Shown here one piece after another: positions 8,097-18,194 of a stretch of DNA of 41,767 nucleotides (position 1 is its first letter; each line of letters starts with the position of its first letter). Under the pieces are notes generated by a model. That model searched no databases. It saw only the letters and a list, made by a program, of their open reading frames with translations, and was not told the origin of the DNA. The stretch is from Campylobacterota bacterium (GTDB lineage: Bacteria > Campylobacterota > Campylobacteria > Campylobacterales > Sulfurovaceae): the NCBI GenBank assembly GCA_034722955.1, contig JAYEOM010000069.1, positions 1-41,767 on the forward strand. Direction: 5' to 3'. The position numbers were made by a program, and so were the translations under genes.

Positions 8097-8992
8097 CAGA
8101 AACTCCTTTCGATCATCTCTCTAGCTATATCAGTCAGAGCTGTTTCGCCTGCCCCACTCATCAACTCTATCGCCTCATCAATCAAGAGTTTGGCTTCACT
8201 GTAACAGAGTGGTATGATATGATGCTCCTCCATAGACTCCATGATCCATCTCTGATCATGCTCTGTAAGCTTTTTGGCATGAAGTCCTCGTAGTCTTCCC
8301 TGTTGTGTAGATGAGAGACGCTCATAGAGATAGATATAAGGTAGTGTTGTTTTTCCCTCTACAAAATCATGCAGTGCCGGTTTACCCAGTGTCTTGGAGT
8401 CTGATGTGATATCCAAAAGATCATCAATCATTTGAAATGCCAAACCTAGATTGCGTCCATAGGTACGATATGGCTCTGGTGCTTTCCCTGCCAATAGTGC
8501 GGCAGCCTCAGCACTAGCTTCGATCAGAGAGGCGGTTTTTTGGTAAATCATCTCCATATATAGACTCTTGTCTATGTTAAATCTATCAGAGAGAGAGACA
8601 TCTTTCAACTCTCCCAAACTCAACTGGATTACAGCATTGGATATAGTTTTGGAGACTCTTCTGTCGATATGATTTAGCTCAAAAAACCCTTTGGAGTAGA
8701 GGATGTCTCCCAGCATTATAGCTGTTTTGTTGCCATATAGTGCATTGATAGAGGGTCTGTTGCGTCGAGTAAATGCTTCATCTATCACATCATCATGGAG
8801 TAGACTTGCAGCATGTATCATCTCTACGATAGCAGCTGTTTTGATGACACGAAGATCATCTCCTGCTATCTTCAGTATCAGTTTGGCACGAAGTCGTTTT
8901 CCCTGCGGAAGTTTGCGATAGAGACTCTCCACCTCTTTATCGTTGAGCTCTTTGACATATTGTTCTATTTTTCTCTCTACAACACTTAGCAA
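8096..8992 (-). CDS. ispB: Polyprenyl (octaprenyl-like) diphosphate synthase
   Basis: GKRLR, HAASLLHDDVID and FQMIDDLLD aspartate-rich motifs. Confidence 0.88.
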   Translation of the reverse strand: MLSVVERKIEQYVKELNDKEVESLYRKLPQGKRLRAKLILKIAGDDLRVIKTAAIVEMIHAASLLHDDVIDEAFTRRNRPSINALYGNKTAIMLGDILYSKGFFELNHIDRRVSKTISNAVIQLSLGELKDVSLSDRFNIDKSLYMEMIYQKTASLIEASAEAAALLAGKAPEPYRTYGRNLGLAFQMIDDLLDITSDSKTLGKPALHDFVEGKTTLPYIYLYERLSSTQQGRLRGLHAKKLTEHDQRWIMESMEEHHIIPLCYSEAKLLIDEAIELMSGAGETALTDIAREMIERSF

Positions 8993-9013
8993 ATCTACTC
9001 CTGACTCTCTCTA

Positions 9014-9289
9014 CTACTCACACTGAGTAACGATATTACCCACCAACTCGAGAAAGATGCTATTGGTTCGATCTTCAAGCTCTTTCTCAATCACCATACT
9101 CTTCAAAAGGTTTTCCTGTTCCTCTTCAAGTCCTCTCTCCTCGAGAATCTTCTCGGCGATAGCAAGCCTTTGAAACATTTTTTCAACTTCCATCTCTACT
9201 ATATTCTCATTGGCTGTTTTTGCAATAGCAAAATAGTTATCTTTAGGTGTACTCACCATATAATCATCTTCATCATCAAATATATTCAT
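9014..9289 (-). CDS. Small acidic conserved protein (DUF2018-like)
   Basis: Size, sequence (TPKDNYF...IVTQCE) and position upstream of ispB-hemA-proS, as in other Campylobacterota. Confidence 0.75.
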   Translation of the reverse strand: MNIFDDEDDYMVSTPKDNYFAIAKTANENIVEMEVEKMFQRLAIAEKILEERGLEEEQENLLKSMVIEKELEDRTNSIFLELVGNIVTQCE

Positions 9290-9317
9290 CTCTATCTCCT
9301 TGGGTTTAAGTTAGAGG

Positions 9318-9326
9318 ATTATAGCA
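9318..9326 (-). promoter_or_regulatory. Extended -10 promoter (TGCTATAAT) of the DUF2018-ispB-hemA-proS-hemC operon
   Basis: Consensus TGnTATAAT about 30 bp upstream of the first start. Confidence 0.7.
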
Positions 9327-9359
9327 AAATTTTATTAATCAAGAAATCCTTTTATTTTT

Positions 9360-12300
9360 CTACTCTTTTATTCTATAGATCACCGCATACAGAAGAGGAA
9401 CATAGTATAGATTGAGTATAGTTGCCCAAGCTATTCCAAAACCTAATGATATCGCCATTGGCTGAATGATCAGAGCCTGCCCACTGGCAAAAAACATCAG
9501 AGTCAACAGACCCAAAACAGTGGTGATAGACGTTAACAGGATCGGGCGCAGACGATGCCCTGCCTTCTCTACCAACTCATCATAGTTTTTGGATCTTCTG
9601 ATAAAACTCAGCATGATCAATCCATCATTGACTACCACTCCTGCTAGTCCGATGATACCCATAATTCCCGGCATCGTCATGTTGATCCCTAGGAGATAAG
9701 TACCCACCAAAGCACCCACTACAGAGAGAGGGATAGTAGATATAACTATTAGTGGCAGCACCAGAGAGTTAAACATCCAAACTAGAGAGATAAAGATAAG
9801 GAATAGGGCTATCATTGCCGCCTGTATCATCTCCTTTTTCATCTGTTCATTCTCTCTCTCTTCGCCTTTGATGATAACCTTGATACCATCTTTTTTGATC
9901 TCTTCGAGAAGAGGTCTGATGCGATCCATCACCTCTGTAGAGAGTATCATCTTGCTATCAACTCTAGCAAAAACAGAGCGAACCCTCTCTGCATCCTCTT
10001 TGAAGATCTTGACAAAACTCTTCTCATAGTAAAAGTCACAAATATCACCCAGTCGGACAACTTGTTTGCCATTTGGTGTCGTGAGCTGTAGAGACTCCAT
10101 CTGCATACTTTGATCTTTTTGGGGATCTTCGATACGGATACGCACTAAGCCTGTATCATTAAACATCTTACCATACTCGGCTTTTAGAAGTGTTCCTTTG
10201 AGGGCAGTTGTCACATACCCCTCGGTAAAGCCCAGCTGCTGACCATACCCATTGACACGAAGTTTAAGTTCTCGTACACCTTTTTTGGCGTTGTCTGAGA
10301 TATCATGTACACCATCTATCGAATGCAATGCCCCCTTTATAGATGAAATAGCTTCGAGAACTTTACTAGAGTCAGAAGCAACCAACCCTATCTCTATATC
10401 ATGACCCACTATACCTGTCTGCGGCACAAAAGTGTTGATCTCTTGAAACATTAGAGCATCATTGGAGAGTTTTTTTCTTTTAAAAGGATCTACAACATCT
10501 TTTTGAACAACTTTAACAATCTCTTGTGCTTTCTTTTGACGGATCATATCACTTCCATCACACTCTAAAGAAAAGATAGGATTGATATAGGTATCAAAGA
10601 AGTTCTCTGGTGCTTTCTCATGCAGATTGATAAAAATTTGAAAGAGATTGCTCCCAGTCTCAAAACTTTGATCAGGATTGAACTTCAGACCGATGATTGA
10701 AGTGACAGAGGAGACTTCACTATCCTTCAAGCTAGCCATCAAAGCTCTCTCCACCTCTGTGATCAGCACCTCAGTATCTTCTAGTTTAGAGTTAACATCA
10801 ACTTTACCATTGATATATATCTGAGTTGTATCAAACTCCGGAAAGAGTTGAAACTTTGTGAGACTTGCCATCCCTGCTGTAGCTAGAAAGATAAAGGAGA
10901 CTAGCATAGCAAGAGAGGACTTTTTATAAATTAGAAGTCTCTTTAGTATCCTGCCATATAGTGCTATCATAGTATCCCAAAAGCCACTTCGTTCATGCTC
11001 TTTTTGGAAATCACCCATAGAGAAGAGCTCTTTTGCATGAAGAGGAAGAAAATAAAATGCTTCAAAAAGTGAACTCAGGAGAAGTATAGTGATCATAACC
11101 GGAAGCACTTTCATAAACATACCCATCTCACCACTCATGATTAGCAGTGGCAAAAAGGCAAAGACTGTTGTCAGAGTAGCTGTCATAACTGCTGGAAACA
11201 TTTCAACCGAACCATCGATCGCAGCTTCTCTAGGAGATTTACCCATCTCCATATGACGATAGATATTTTCTGCTACGACTATAGCCTCATCGACCAACAT
11301 CCCCAGTGCGATCAGTGCACCTAGCAGAGTCAGCATGTTGAGACTATATCCGATCAGATCAGCACCAATCAGAGTGATCAAGAAGCTCGCAGGAATACCA
11401 ATCGCGACTATAAGAGCGATCTTGAAATTGACACTCAAAAATAGTGCCATAAAGACCAAGATCAATCCAAAAATGATATTTGAGGAGACAAGGTTGAGTC
11501 TATTTTTGATCCATACAGAGGTGTCTGTGTAGGCTTCTATATCTACACCCCGATAATCTTTGGCAAACTCCTTTAGCATCGTTCGGATCTCTCTGCTCAG
11601 AGCGATAGCGTTTCCCTCTTTGGTTTTATTGATATTGATGGAGATATTTTTCTTCCCGTTAAAGTGGGAGATCTCATCTGTATCACTCAGTCTGAAAGAT
11701 ACTGTAGATATATCTCCAAGCCGTAGACTCTTACCGGCAACAGTGATGAGCTGATCTTCAAATGCCTTGGCACTCTTCTCGCCATTGATGGTGGAGATAT
11801 AGAGGTGACTTCCATACTGCTCGATAGTACCGATAGGGAAGATAGAACTCAAACTATTGATAGCTTGATAGACGGCACTCTTGGGCAAACCATAAGCTTC
11901 AAGTCTCTTCTCATCTATCTGAATCAAAACCTCATCATCAGCATCTCCGCGTATCATAATACCACTCAAATTTTTATAACTGCTCAATTTACTTTTGAGC
12001 TTATCTGCAATATCCAGCAACTCTCTAGTTGACTTATCCCCAGAGATAGCTAGCAGTAGCAGCGGATAGTCATATTGAGAAATCTTTGCTATAGGTTCAT
12101 CCATATCAGAGGGTAGATCACGACGAGTATTAGAGATGACATCTTTTACATCACCTAGTACCAGCTGATTGTTACTGCCCGGTTTTATATCTGCTTTCAT
12201 ATAGAATATGCCATTTTGTATAGTTGTATCGATCCTCTCTATTTCACTGATACTCTTTATCTCATCTTCGATCGTTTTTACTACCATTTTGTCCAAAACA

Positions 12301-12476
12301 TCAGCACTAGCACCTGGATAGCCACCTGTAATCATGATCTGATCGAGCTGGGAAGGGGGAAATATCTCTTTGGGAATATTTTGATAGGAGAAGATAGCCA
12401 ATACCAACATAAAGAGCATGAGGATATGGTTGATGATCGGTCTATCGACCGAAAAAGTTATAAAAGATCTAATCAA
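9360..12476 (-). CDS. RND efflux permease, AcrB/AcrD/AcrF family
   Basis: 1038 aa, two large periplasmic loops, GMLVDEAIVVAEN and RLRPILLTS motifs. Confidence 0.93.
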   Translation of the reverse strand: MIRSFITFSVDRPIINHILMLFMLVLAIFSYQNIPKEIFPPSQLDQIMITGGYPGASADVLDKMVVKTIEDEIKSISEIERIDTTIQNGIFYMKADIKPGSNNQLVLGDVKDVISNTRRDLPSDMDEPIAKISQYDYPLLLLAISGDKSTRELLDIADKLKSKLSSYKNLSGIMIRGDADDEVLIQIDEKRLEAYGLPKSAVYQAINSLSSIFPIGTIEQYGSHLYISTINGEKSAKAFEDQLITVAGKSLRLGDISTVSFRLSDTDEISHFNGKKNISININKTKEGNAIALSREIRTMLKEFAKDYRGVDIEAYTDTSVWIKNRLNLVSSNIIFGLILVFMALFLSVNFKIALIVAIGIPASFLITLIGADLIGYSLNMLTLLGALIALGMLVDEAIVVAENIYRHMEMGKSPREAAIDGSVEMFPAVMTATLTTVFAFLPLLIMSGEMGMFMKVLPVMITILLLSSLFEAFYFLPLHAKELFSMGDFQKEHERSGFWDTMIALYGRILKRLLIYKKSSLAMLVSFIFLATAGMASLTKFQLFPEFDTTQIYINGKVDVNSKLEDTEVLITEVERALMASLKDSEVSSVTSIIGLKFNPDQSFETGSNLFQIFINLHEKAPENFFDTYINPIFSLECDGSDMIRQKKAQEIVKVVQKDVVDPFKRKKLSNDALMFQEINTFVPQTGIVGHDIEIGLVASDSSKVLEAISSIKGALHSIDGVHDISDNAKKGVRELKLRVNGYGQQLGFTEGYVTTALKGTLLKAEYGKMFNDTGLVRIRIEDPQKDQSMQMESLQLTTPNGKQVVRLGDICDFYYEKSFVKIFKEDAERVRSVFARVDSKMILSTEVMDRIRPLLEEIKKDGIKVIIKGEERENEQMKKEMIQAAMIALFLIFISLVWMFNSLVLPLIVISTIPLSVVGALVGTYLLGINMTMPGIMGIIGLAGVVVNDGLIMLSFIRRSKNYDELVEKAGHRLRPILLTSITTVLGLLTLMFFASGQALIIQPMAISLGFGIAWATILNLYYVPLLYAVIYRIKE

Positions 12477-12488
12477 AACTATACCTTC

Positions 12489-12761
12489 CTATTCATCCAC
12501 TAAAAAAATCGTATCAGAGACTCTATTTTTAAATTTTAATTTTTGTACTTGATTCTCTAACATAACATGCTCTTCTCTGAGTGCAGAGACCTCTCTCTCT
12601 ATATAGTTTACTCTTCTGCTTTTATAATAGATCTGGTTACTCAGATATATCTTTATCATCGACAGGATTATTACAATAACCATAGAGATGATGATAATTA
12701 AAAGTAGACTAAATGAGACACCATTTACTGTTGCTCTTTTTTTTACTTTAGCTCTACTCAT
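12489..12761 (-). CDS. FtsL-like cell division protein
   Basis: Short cytoplasmic N-terminus, one TM helix, coiled coil; directly downstream of rsmH. Confidence 0.65.
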   Translation of the reverse strand: MSRAKVKKRATVNGVSFSLLLIIIISMVIVIILSMIKIYLSNQIYYKSRRVNYIEREVSALREEHVMLENQVQKLKFKNRVSDTIFLVDE

Positions 12762-13690
12762 CACTGCTTCTCTATGGATTTAAATTGAAATGATCTCAGC
12801 TTGGCACTTCTGCTTCGTGGGTTTATTCTCAACTCCTCACTGCTAGCCGTGATAGGTTTGCGTGCAAGGAGTCTGCCTAGTGCATGATTTTTCCCACAAC
12901 TGCATCGGATGGTATGCGGGTCACATATACATGATCGTGTCCATCTTCTAAAACGGTTTTTCACCAGACGATCCTCCAGTGAGTGAAAAGTGATAAGCGA
13001 AACAATCGCCCCCGATGGCTTCATCTCCTCCAGTGCATCAAGCAGCCCTTCGATCTCACCTAGTTCATTGTTGACTTCGATCCGTATGGCTTGAAACATG
13101 AGGGTTGCAGGGTGTATCTTGCCACTTTTGGGTATAACCTCCATCGCTATCTGGCTCAATACCTTGGCACTCTGTATGGGGGCTTTAGCTCTAGCTTCTA
13201 TGATGGCTCCGGCGAGTTTACGATAGGAGCGAACCTCTCCATATTGATCCAAAATATACTCTAGTGCTTCACGATCATAACCGTTGACTACTTCATAGGC
13301 ACTCAATGGAGCACTGCTATCCATACGCATATCAAGTGTTTCACTCTCAAAGCTAAATCCCCGTTCTCTCTTGTCCAACTGTAGTGATGAGACACCAAAA
13401 TCAGCCAACAGACCCACGAGGGGAGACTCTTGTAGCTGTGGCAACACCTCTGCAAATGTACCTCTGTATAGTCTACTTCTATCTCCCAAAGCAGCTAGTC
13501 GTTTCTGTGAAAAATCCAACGCCTCCTGATCTCTGTCTATCCCAATATGGTGTATTTGAGGGTACTTCTCTAATATCGCTGCACTATGCCCTGCATACCC
13601 TAGTGTACAATCGACAAAATGCCCCTCATCTATTTTGGAAAAACTCTCCAGTACTTCATCCAGCAATACAGGAACATGGGGTATCTGCAC
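12761..13690 (-). CDS. rsmH: 16S rRNA m4C1402 methyltransferase
   Basis: HVPVLLDEV, DCTLGYAGHS, DFGVSSLQLD, FHSLEDR, NPRSRSAKLR. Confidence 0.97.
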   Translation of the reverse strand: MQIPHVPVLLDEVLESFSKIDEGHFVDCTLGYAGHSAAILEKYPQIHHIGIDRDQEALDFSQKRLAALGDRSRLYRGTFAEVLPQLQESPLVGLLADFGVSSLQLDKRERGFSFESETLDMRMDSSAPLSAYEVVNGYDREALEYILDQYGEVRSYRKLAGAIIEARAKAPIQSAKVLSQIAMEVIPKSGKIHPATLMFQAIRIEVNNELGEIEGLLDALEEMKPSGAIVSLITFHSLEDRLVKNRFRRWTRSCICDPHTIRCSCGKNHALGRLLARKPITASSEELRINPRSRSAKLRSFQFKSIEKQ

Positions 13691-13717
13691 ATAAAATCCT
13701 TTTTACTCTATTTATAA

Positions 13718-13726
13718 TGCTATAAT
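13718..13726 (+). promoter_or_regulatory. Extended -10 promoter (TGCTATAAT)
   Basis: Consensus motif upstream of the class II aldolase-domain gene. Confidence 0.65.
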
Positions 13727-13781
13727 ACCCAAATAATACATAAATTTATAATTTTTCTATTCTGATAAAAAAGGGGTTGGT

Positions 13782-14360
13782 ATGGTCATAGATGCCCACT
13801 TATTTGAAGAGATCAAACATGTCTCTCTCTCAATGTTCAACAAAAATTTCTTTGGTGTATTTCAAGGATCAATCTCTGCACGAGTTACTATGCAGAGCTT
13901 TCTCATCAACAAAGAGAGTACGATTCTTGATGAAGTAACAGAGGAGTCTCTCATCCGCCTAGATTGTGAAAAGAAGGATTATCGCTGGAAATCTGCCAGC
14001 AGTGATGTCGAAATCCATGAACATATCTACAAAACAATATCAAGTGCCAAGTATATATCATATACGATGCCCCCCTATGCTACAGCTTTTTCACTCAAAC
14101 ATGGAAAAGTAATCCCCCAGGATTACTTTGGTAGGAAGATTTTAGGAGAGATCATAGTCTATGACCCCAAAAAATTTGATGACTGGCACGAACGAGCACC
14201 ATATGAGATCCCTCAGTTTTTTAAAAAAAGTGACTCCCATCTACTCCTCATCAAAGGCTTTGGACTGATCTCTTATGATCGGGATATCATTGAGATGGCA
14301 AAAAAAGTTTCGATACTTGAAAATAGCTGCCGTCTCTTGGCATTGAGTTCATCACTTTAA
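13782..14360 (+). CDS. Class II aldolase/adducin N-terminal domain protein
   Basis: GSISAR, ASSDVEIHEHIY, LLIKGFG pattern; typically divergent from rsmH in this phylum. Confidence 0.8.
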   Translation: MVIDAHLFEEIKHVSLSMFNKNFFGVFQGSISARVTMQSFLINKESTILDEVTEESLIRLDCEKKDYRWKSASSDVEIHEHIYKTISSAKYISYTMPPYATAFSLKHGKVIPQDYFGRKILGEIIVYDPKKFDDWHERAPYEIPQFFKKSDSHLLLIKGFGLISYDRDIIEMAKKVSILENSCRLLALSSSL

Positions 14361-14419
14361 ACAAATCAAATAAACTTTTGATATACTAACGCATCATAAA
14401 TTATGGGAGTACACCAACA

Positions 14420-15613
14420 ATGGCACCATCAGGACAGATTGAAAAACGACTGAAGATCATTCAAATAGCTATCTCCATCACAGATAATGAGACTGTTACT
14501 CTACAGCGATTGAAACTTATGAAATATAAGGATAACAAACAGTTGGAGAATATTCTCAGTGTATTGGATGATGAAAATTTTGCACTAGCTAGCAACCTAA
14601 TAGATCACTATCTCCAAAATCCTCATAAAGAGGTAACACCAACACCCCCCCCTAGTCAAAATCAACGAGATAGAGAAGAGGAGGAGTTGATCAAGAAATT
14701 TGGTCTTTTTGAAGAGGCTGGCAGGGAGAAATACCCCTCTATAGAAGATGATGAGATGTTTTCACTAGAGGCACTGAAATTAAATGAGACAGCACTCTCC
14801 GAAGAGATAGAGAATGAAACAGTTATACCTCCCCAGCCAACAACTGAAGAGATAATGGAACGCTACAATATGATCGAAGAGGATCAGCTTCCAGAAAAAG
14901 AGATCCCTATTCCCACCTCTGTAGAGGATTTTCATAAAGAGGAGGATCAGAAGGTTGAAGAGTTTGAAGATACCACTCTAGGTCAAAACCAAGATAAAGA
15001 GGAGTACCGTGAGGAGATAGAGGAGTCTATAGAGACTGATCCCAAACAAGAGACCCAAGAGCCTCAAGAGAGGGAGAAGATAGAGTATGCACCTATATCC
15101 TACATAGATCAAAAGATCAGAAATATGATCAACCAGTATCCACAGGTTGTTGAAAACTCTGAACAGTTTCCAAGTGAAGAGAGACTCCTTGATATGATTA
15201 GGGTAGAGGGCTACACAGATGAGGATATAGAAAAGAGTATCATCTCTATCTATGCACTAGAGGAGGAGGGGAAGCTAGATGAAGCTGCCCATCTACTCTT
15301 GATAGTAGCAGCAACAGAATCACTATATGCCCAATTTATACTCGCTAGAGAACTATTCAAGGGAAATATAATCCAAAAAAATCTCTCTGAAGCATTTACT
15401 CAGATCAACCGCTTGGCACTAGATGACTACCCAGAAGCAGTTTGTGATCTTGCACAGTTCTATGAGCATGGCATAGGTATCGAGAAGAATAGAAAGAAAG
15501 CCTTCAACCTCTATGAGGATGCTCTTGATCTAGGTGTTGAACGGGCAGATATTCACCTGACCAGAATGGAAAATGAGTCCAAAGGGATCCTAGGTGGACT
15601 ATTTGGGAAATAG
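14420..15613 (+). CDS. Sel1-repeat protein with long acidic linker
   Basis: C-terminal AVCDLAQFYEHGIGIEKNRKKAFNLYEDA Sel1 repeat. Confidence 0.75.
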   Translation: MAPSGQIEKRLKIIQIAISITDNETVTLQRLKLMKYKDNKQLENILSVLDDENFALASNLIDHYLQNPHKEVTPTPPPSQNQRDREEEELIKKFGLFEEAGREKYPSIEDDEMFSLEALKLNETALSEEIENETVIPPQPTTEEIMERYNMIEEDQLPEKEIPIPTSVEDFHKEEDQKVEEFEDTTLGQNQDKEEYREEIEESIETDPKQETQEPQEREKIEYAPISYIDQKIRNMINQYPQVVENSEQFPSEERLLDMIRVEGYTDEDIEKSIISIYALEEEGKLDEAAHLLLIVAATESLYAQFILARELFKGNIIQKNLSEAFTQINRLALDDYPEAVCDLAQFYEHGIGIEKNRKKAFNLYEDALDLGVERADIHLTRMENESKGILGGLFGK

Positions 15614-15711
15614 GATTTTGACCATCGTCACGAGATGAGATGGTAGAGGGGTCTATCATTAAAACTAGCAAGAGACAAAGCATAATCAGCTAAGTTTCAA
15701 CTCTGAAATCG

Positions 15712-16365
15712 CTATTTTCTCTCATTTGCTCTTGACTGATACTCTTGAGGATGTTTGCAGACAGGGCAGACTTTTGGCGGTTTTTTACCTCTATGGATAT
15801 GACCGCAGACTTCACAGATCCACTCCTCTTCTTCATCCTTGCTCTCATACTCTTGACCTGATTCGAGCCGCTCTAATAGTTCTCGATACATCTTTTCATG
15901 CTCTACTTCTATCTTGCCTATACCTTGAAAGAGTCTGGCTGCCTCTTTTTCCCCATCCTCTTTGGCAATTTTCTCAAAATCAGGATACATAGTGAGGTTT
16001 TCATAGCTCTCTCCTGCGATGGCATCTTTGAGATTGGCCACTGTATCACCAAACTCCTCTCCGCTCTTCATCATATTGTAGAGCTTTAGTTCTAGCTTGG
16101 CATGTGTTTTTTCGTTGTCGGCAGCACGCTGAAAATGTGCAGCGATATCACGGTATCCCTCTCTTTGTGCTACTTTTGCATAATACTCATATTTGTTTCT
16201 AGCCATTGACTCTCCGGCTACGGCTTTCATGAGATTGACCATTGTTAGGTTTTCTGTTATAGACACCATATCCTCTTCACAGCAGACAAGTGTTCCACCT
16301 CCCACTCTGCTCACCTCTACTTCATTGCCACATCTGTTGCACTTATAAGTCTCATATTGTCTCAT
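15712..16365 (-). CDS. Rubrerythrin with N-terminal desulforedoxin domain (desulforubrerythrin)
   Basis: CxxC...CC N-terminal domain, GESMARNKY, ExxH diiron motifs, C-terminal CxxCGH...CPVC rubredoxin domain. Confidence 0.92.
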   Translation of the reverse strand: MRQYETYKCNRCGNEVEVSRVGGGTLVCCEEDMVSITENLTMVNLMKAVAGESMARNKYEYYAKVAQREGYRDIAAHFQRAADNEKTHAKLELKLYNMMKSGEEFGDTVANLKDAIAGESYENLTMYPDFEKIAKEDGEKEAARLFQGIGKIEVEHEKMYRELLERLESGQEYESKDEEEEWICEVCGHIHRGKKPPKVCPVCKHPQEYQSRANERK

Positions 16366-16411
16366 CTATTCTCCTTTTTGATTTTTTATTCTTATTGGAA
16401 ATTCCCTTATT

Positions 16412-16936
16412 TTACTGTAGGGCTGCTTTGAGCTCCTCTTTGCTCTTGAGATAATCTACTTTTACAATCTTTCTGTTGTCGAGTGTTACTATAGTGATAC
16501 TATCTGTTTTTGCATCTTTTGTGAAAGATTCAGAGATCTTCTTGTCATATATGAGTTCTACACTATAGTGCTGTTTTTTGAGGTCAGGCAGAGCAAATGT
16601 ATTTCGTATCACTACAGGCATTGGGCTGATATCTGCGACAAATGAAGAATGATGTGTTGACAGATAGTCGGCAGGTTGATCTTTGAGATACTCTTTGACT
16701 GTGTGTCCTGTATCTTTGGCAAAGACCAAGATCAGTTTTTGGGTCGAGTTATCAAGAGTATGTACTTTATCAAACTGGTCCGGGAGTGTATAGCTGATGG
16801 TTGAACCTCTATTGAGTCCATCGCTTAGTGAGGCAGAGTATCTGCTCGCATCATAAGTATCTTTGCCCTTGAGAAAGAAGAGTGTACCAGCAGCAACAAC
16901 TGTCAGTATAAGGACTCCTAGTAGTATTTTTTTCAT
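16412..16936 (-). CDS. Hypothetical membrane-anchored or exported protein
   Basis: N-terminal hydrophobic helix, LPDQF and ADISPMP motifs; TGCTAAAAT promoter at 16994-17002 (-). Confidence 0.75.
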   Translation of the reverse strand: MKKILLGVLILTVVAAGTLFFLKGKDTYDASRYSASLSDGLNRGSTISYTLPDQFDKVHTLDNSTQKLILVFAKDTGHTVKEYLKDQPADYLSTHHSSFVADISPMPVVIRNTFALPDLKKQHYSVELIYDKKISESFTKDAKTDSITIVTLDNRKIVKVDYLKSKEELKAALQ

Positions 16937-17045
16937 GTTAAGTATTCCTTGTGAGGCTACTCCAAAGGGGAAGCCAATTAAAATTTGTGCCGTATTTTAG
17001 CAAAACGGCATTAAGTATCTATAAACTCTTAGTTATAATATCAGC

Positions 17046-18194
17046 ATGAAAGCAATCATCAATGGAACTATAATAGATAACAGAGAATATTTAACTGGAT
17101 ATCATCTGCTATTTGATGAAAATATCATCTCCTTAAGCCAAGAGGATTTGCCAGATCAGTGTGAAATCATAGATGCAAAAGGATCTTATGTTAGTGCAGG
17201 GTTTGTTGATATGCATATTCATGGTAGTGGTGGTGCTGATGTGATGGATGCGACACCCCAAGCGCTGGAGACTATCTCGCGAACTCTTCTACAGACAGGT
17301 ACCACCTCTTTTATCGCAACTACGATGACGATGAGCCAAGAGGATATCAACAAAGCACTGGATGTGATCATAGAGTATGGAGATAGAGTAAGCGGTGCAA
17401 AGATCGAAGGGATTCACCTAGAGGGTCCATTCATCAATCCTCTCAAATGCGGGGCACAAGACCCCAAGTATATCCAGGAGGCAAGATTTGAGTGGATAGA
17501 ACCATATCTGCCACATATCAGAGTGATCACAATCGCTCCGGAGATGCAAGGGGCTGAAGATTTTATCAAAAAGATAGGAGAGATCTCTCCTCATACTCTG
17601 CTGAGTATCGGTCATAGTGATGCCAATTATGAGATATCGATGCAGAGTTTTGAGTGGGGTATTTCACATGCAACTCATCTCTTCAACGCTATGCCCCCTT
17701 GGCACCATCGTGAACCTGGGGTCATTGGTGCTCTATTTGAGAGTGATGTGACAGCAGATATCATAGCAGATCTCATCCATACCCACCCTGCAACCCTACA
17801 TAGTGTAGAGAAGATCAAAAAAGATCAGTTGATACTCATCACAGATGCTATGAGGGCGGGGTGCCTGAAGAGCGGTTGTTATGATTTGGGTGGGCAGAGT
17901 GTGAGAGTAGAAGATGGTAGAGCTGCACTGGAGAATGGAGTATTGGCAGGGAGTGTTCTGAAGCTCAATGATGCTGTCAAAAATTTCTACAACCATACAG
18001 AAGCGACACTGATAGAGGCTATCACAGCTGTGACTTCTCTACCTGCTAAGCGGCTCGGACTTCCTATCGGTGAACTCAGAGAGGGGTATTGTGCTGATAT
18101 TGTGATATTTGATGCAGATATATCCATAGAGAAAGTCTATCTCAATGGAGATCTTGCTTATGAGCTTGATGCAACTTCAAATATTTCGAGTTAA
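17046..18194 (+). CDS. nagA: N-acetylglucosamine-6-phosphate deacetylase
   Basis: GFVDMHIHG, GIHLEGPF, ATHLFNAM, LITDAM, LAGS. Confidence 0.95.
   Translation: MKAIINGTIIDNREYLTGYHLLFDENIISLSQEDLPDQCEIIDAKGSYVSAGFVDMHIHGSGGADVMDATPQALETISRTLLQTGTTSFIATTMTMSQEDINKALDVIIEYGDRVSGAKIEGIHLEGPFINPLKCGAQDPKYIQEARFEWIEPYLPHIRVITIAPEMQGAEDFIKKIGEISPHTLLSIGHSDANYEISMQSFEWGISHATHLFNAMPPWHHREPGVIGALFESDVTADIIADLIHTHPATLHSVEKIKKDQLILITDAMRAGCLKSGCYDLGGQSVRVEDGRAALENGVLAGSVLKLNDAVKNFYNHTEATLIEAITAVTSLPAKRLGLPIGELREGYCADIVIFDADISIEKVYLNGDLAYELDATSNISS

Noticed and set aside
15621..15644. Hairpin ACCATC-G-TCA/TGA-GATGGT between convergent genes
   Set aside because: Plausible terminator but no U-tract on either strand; too weak to call.
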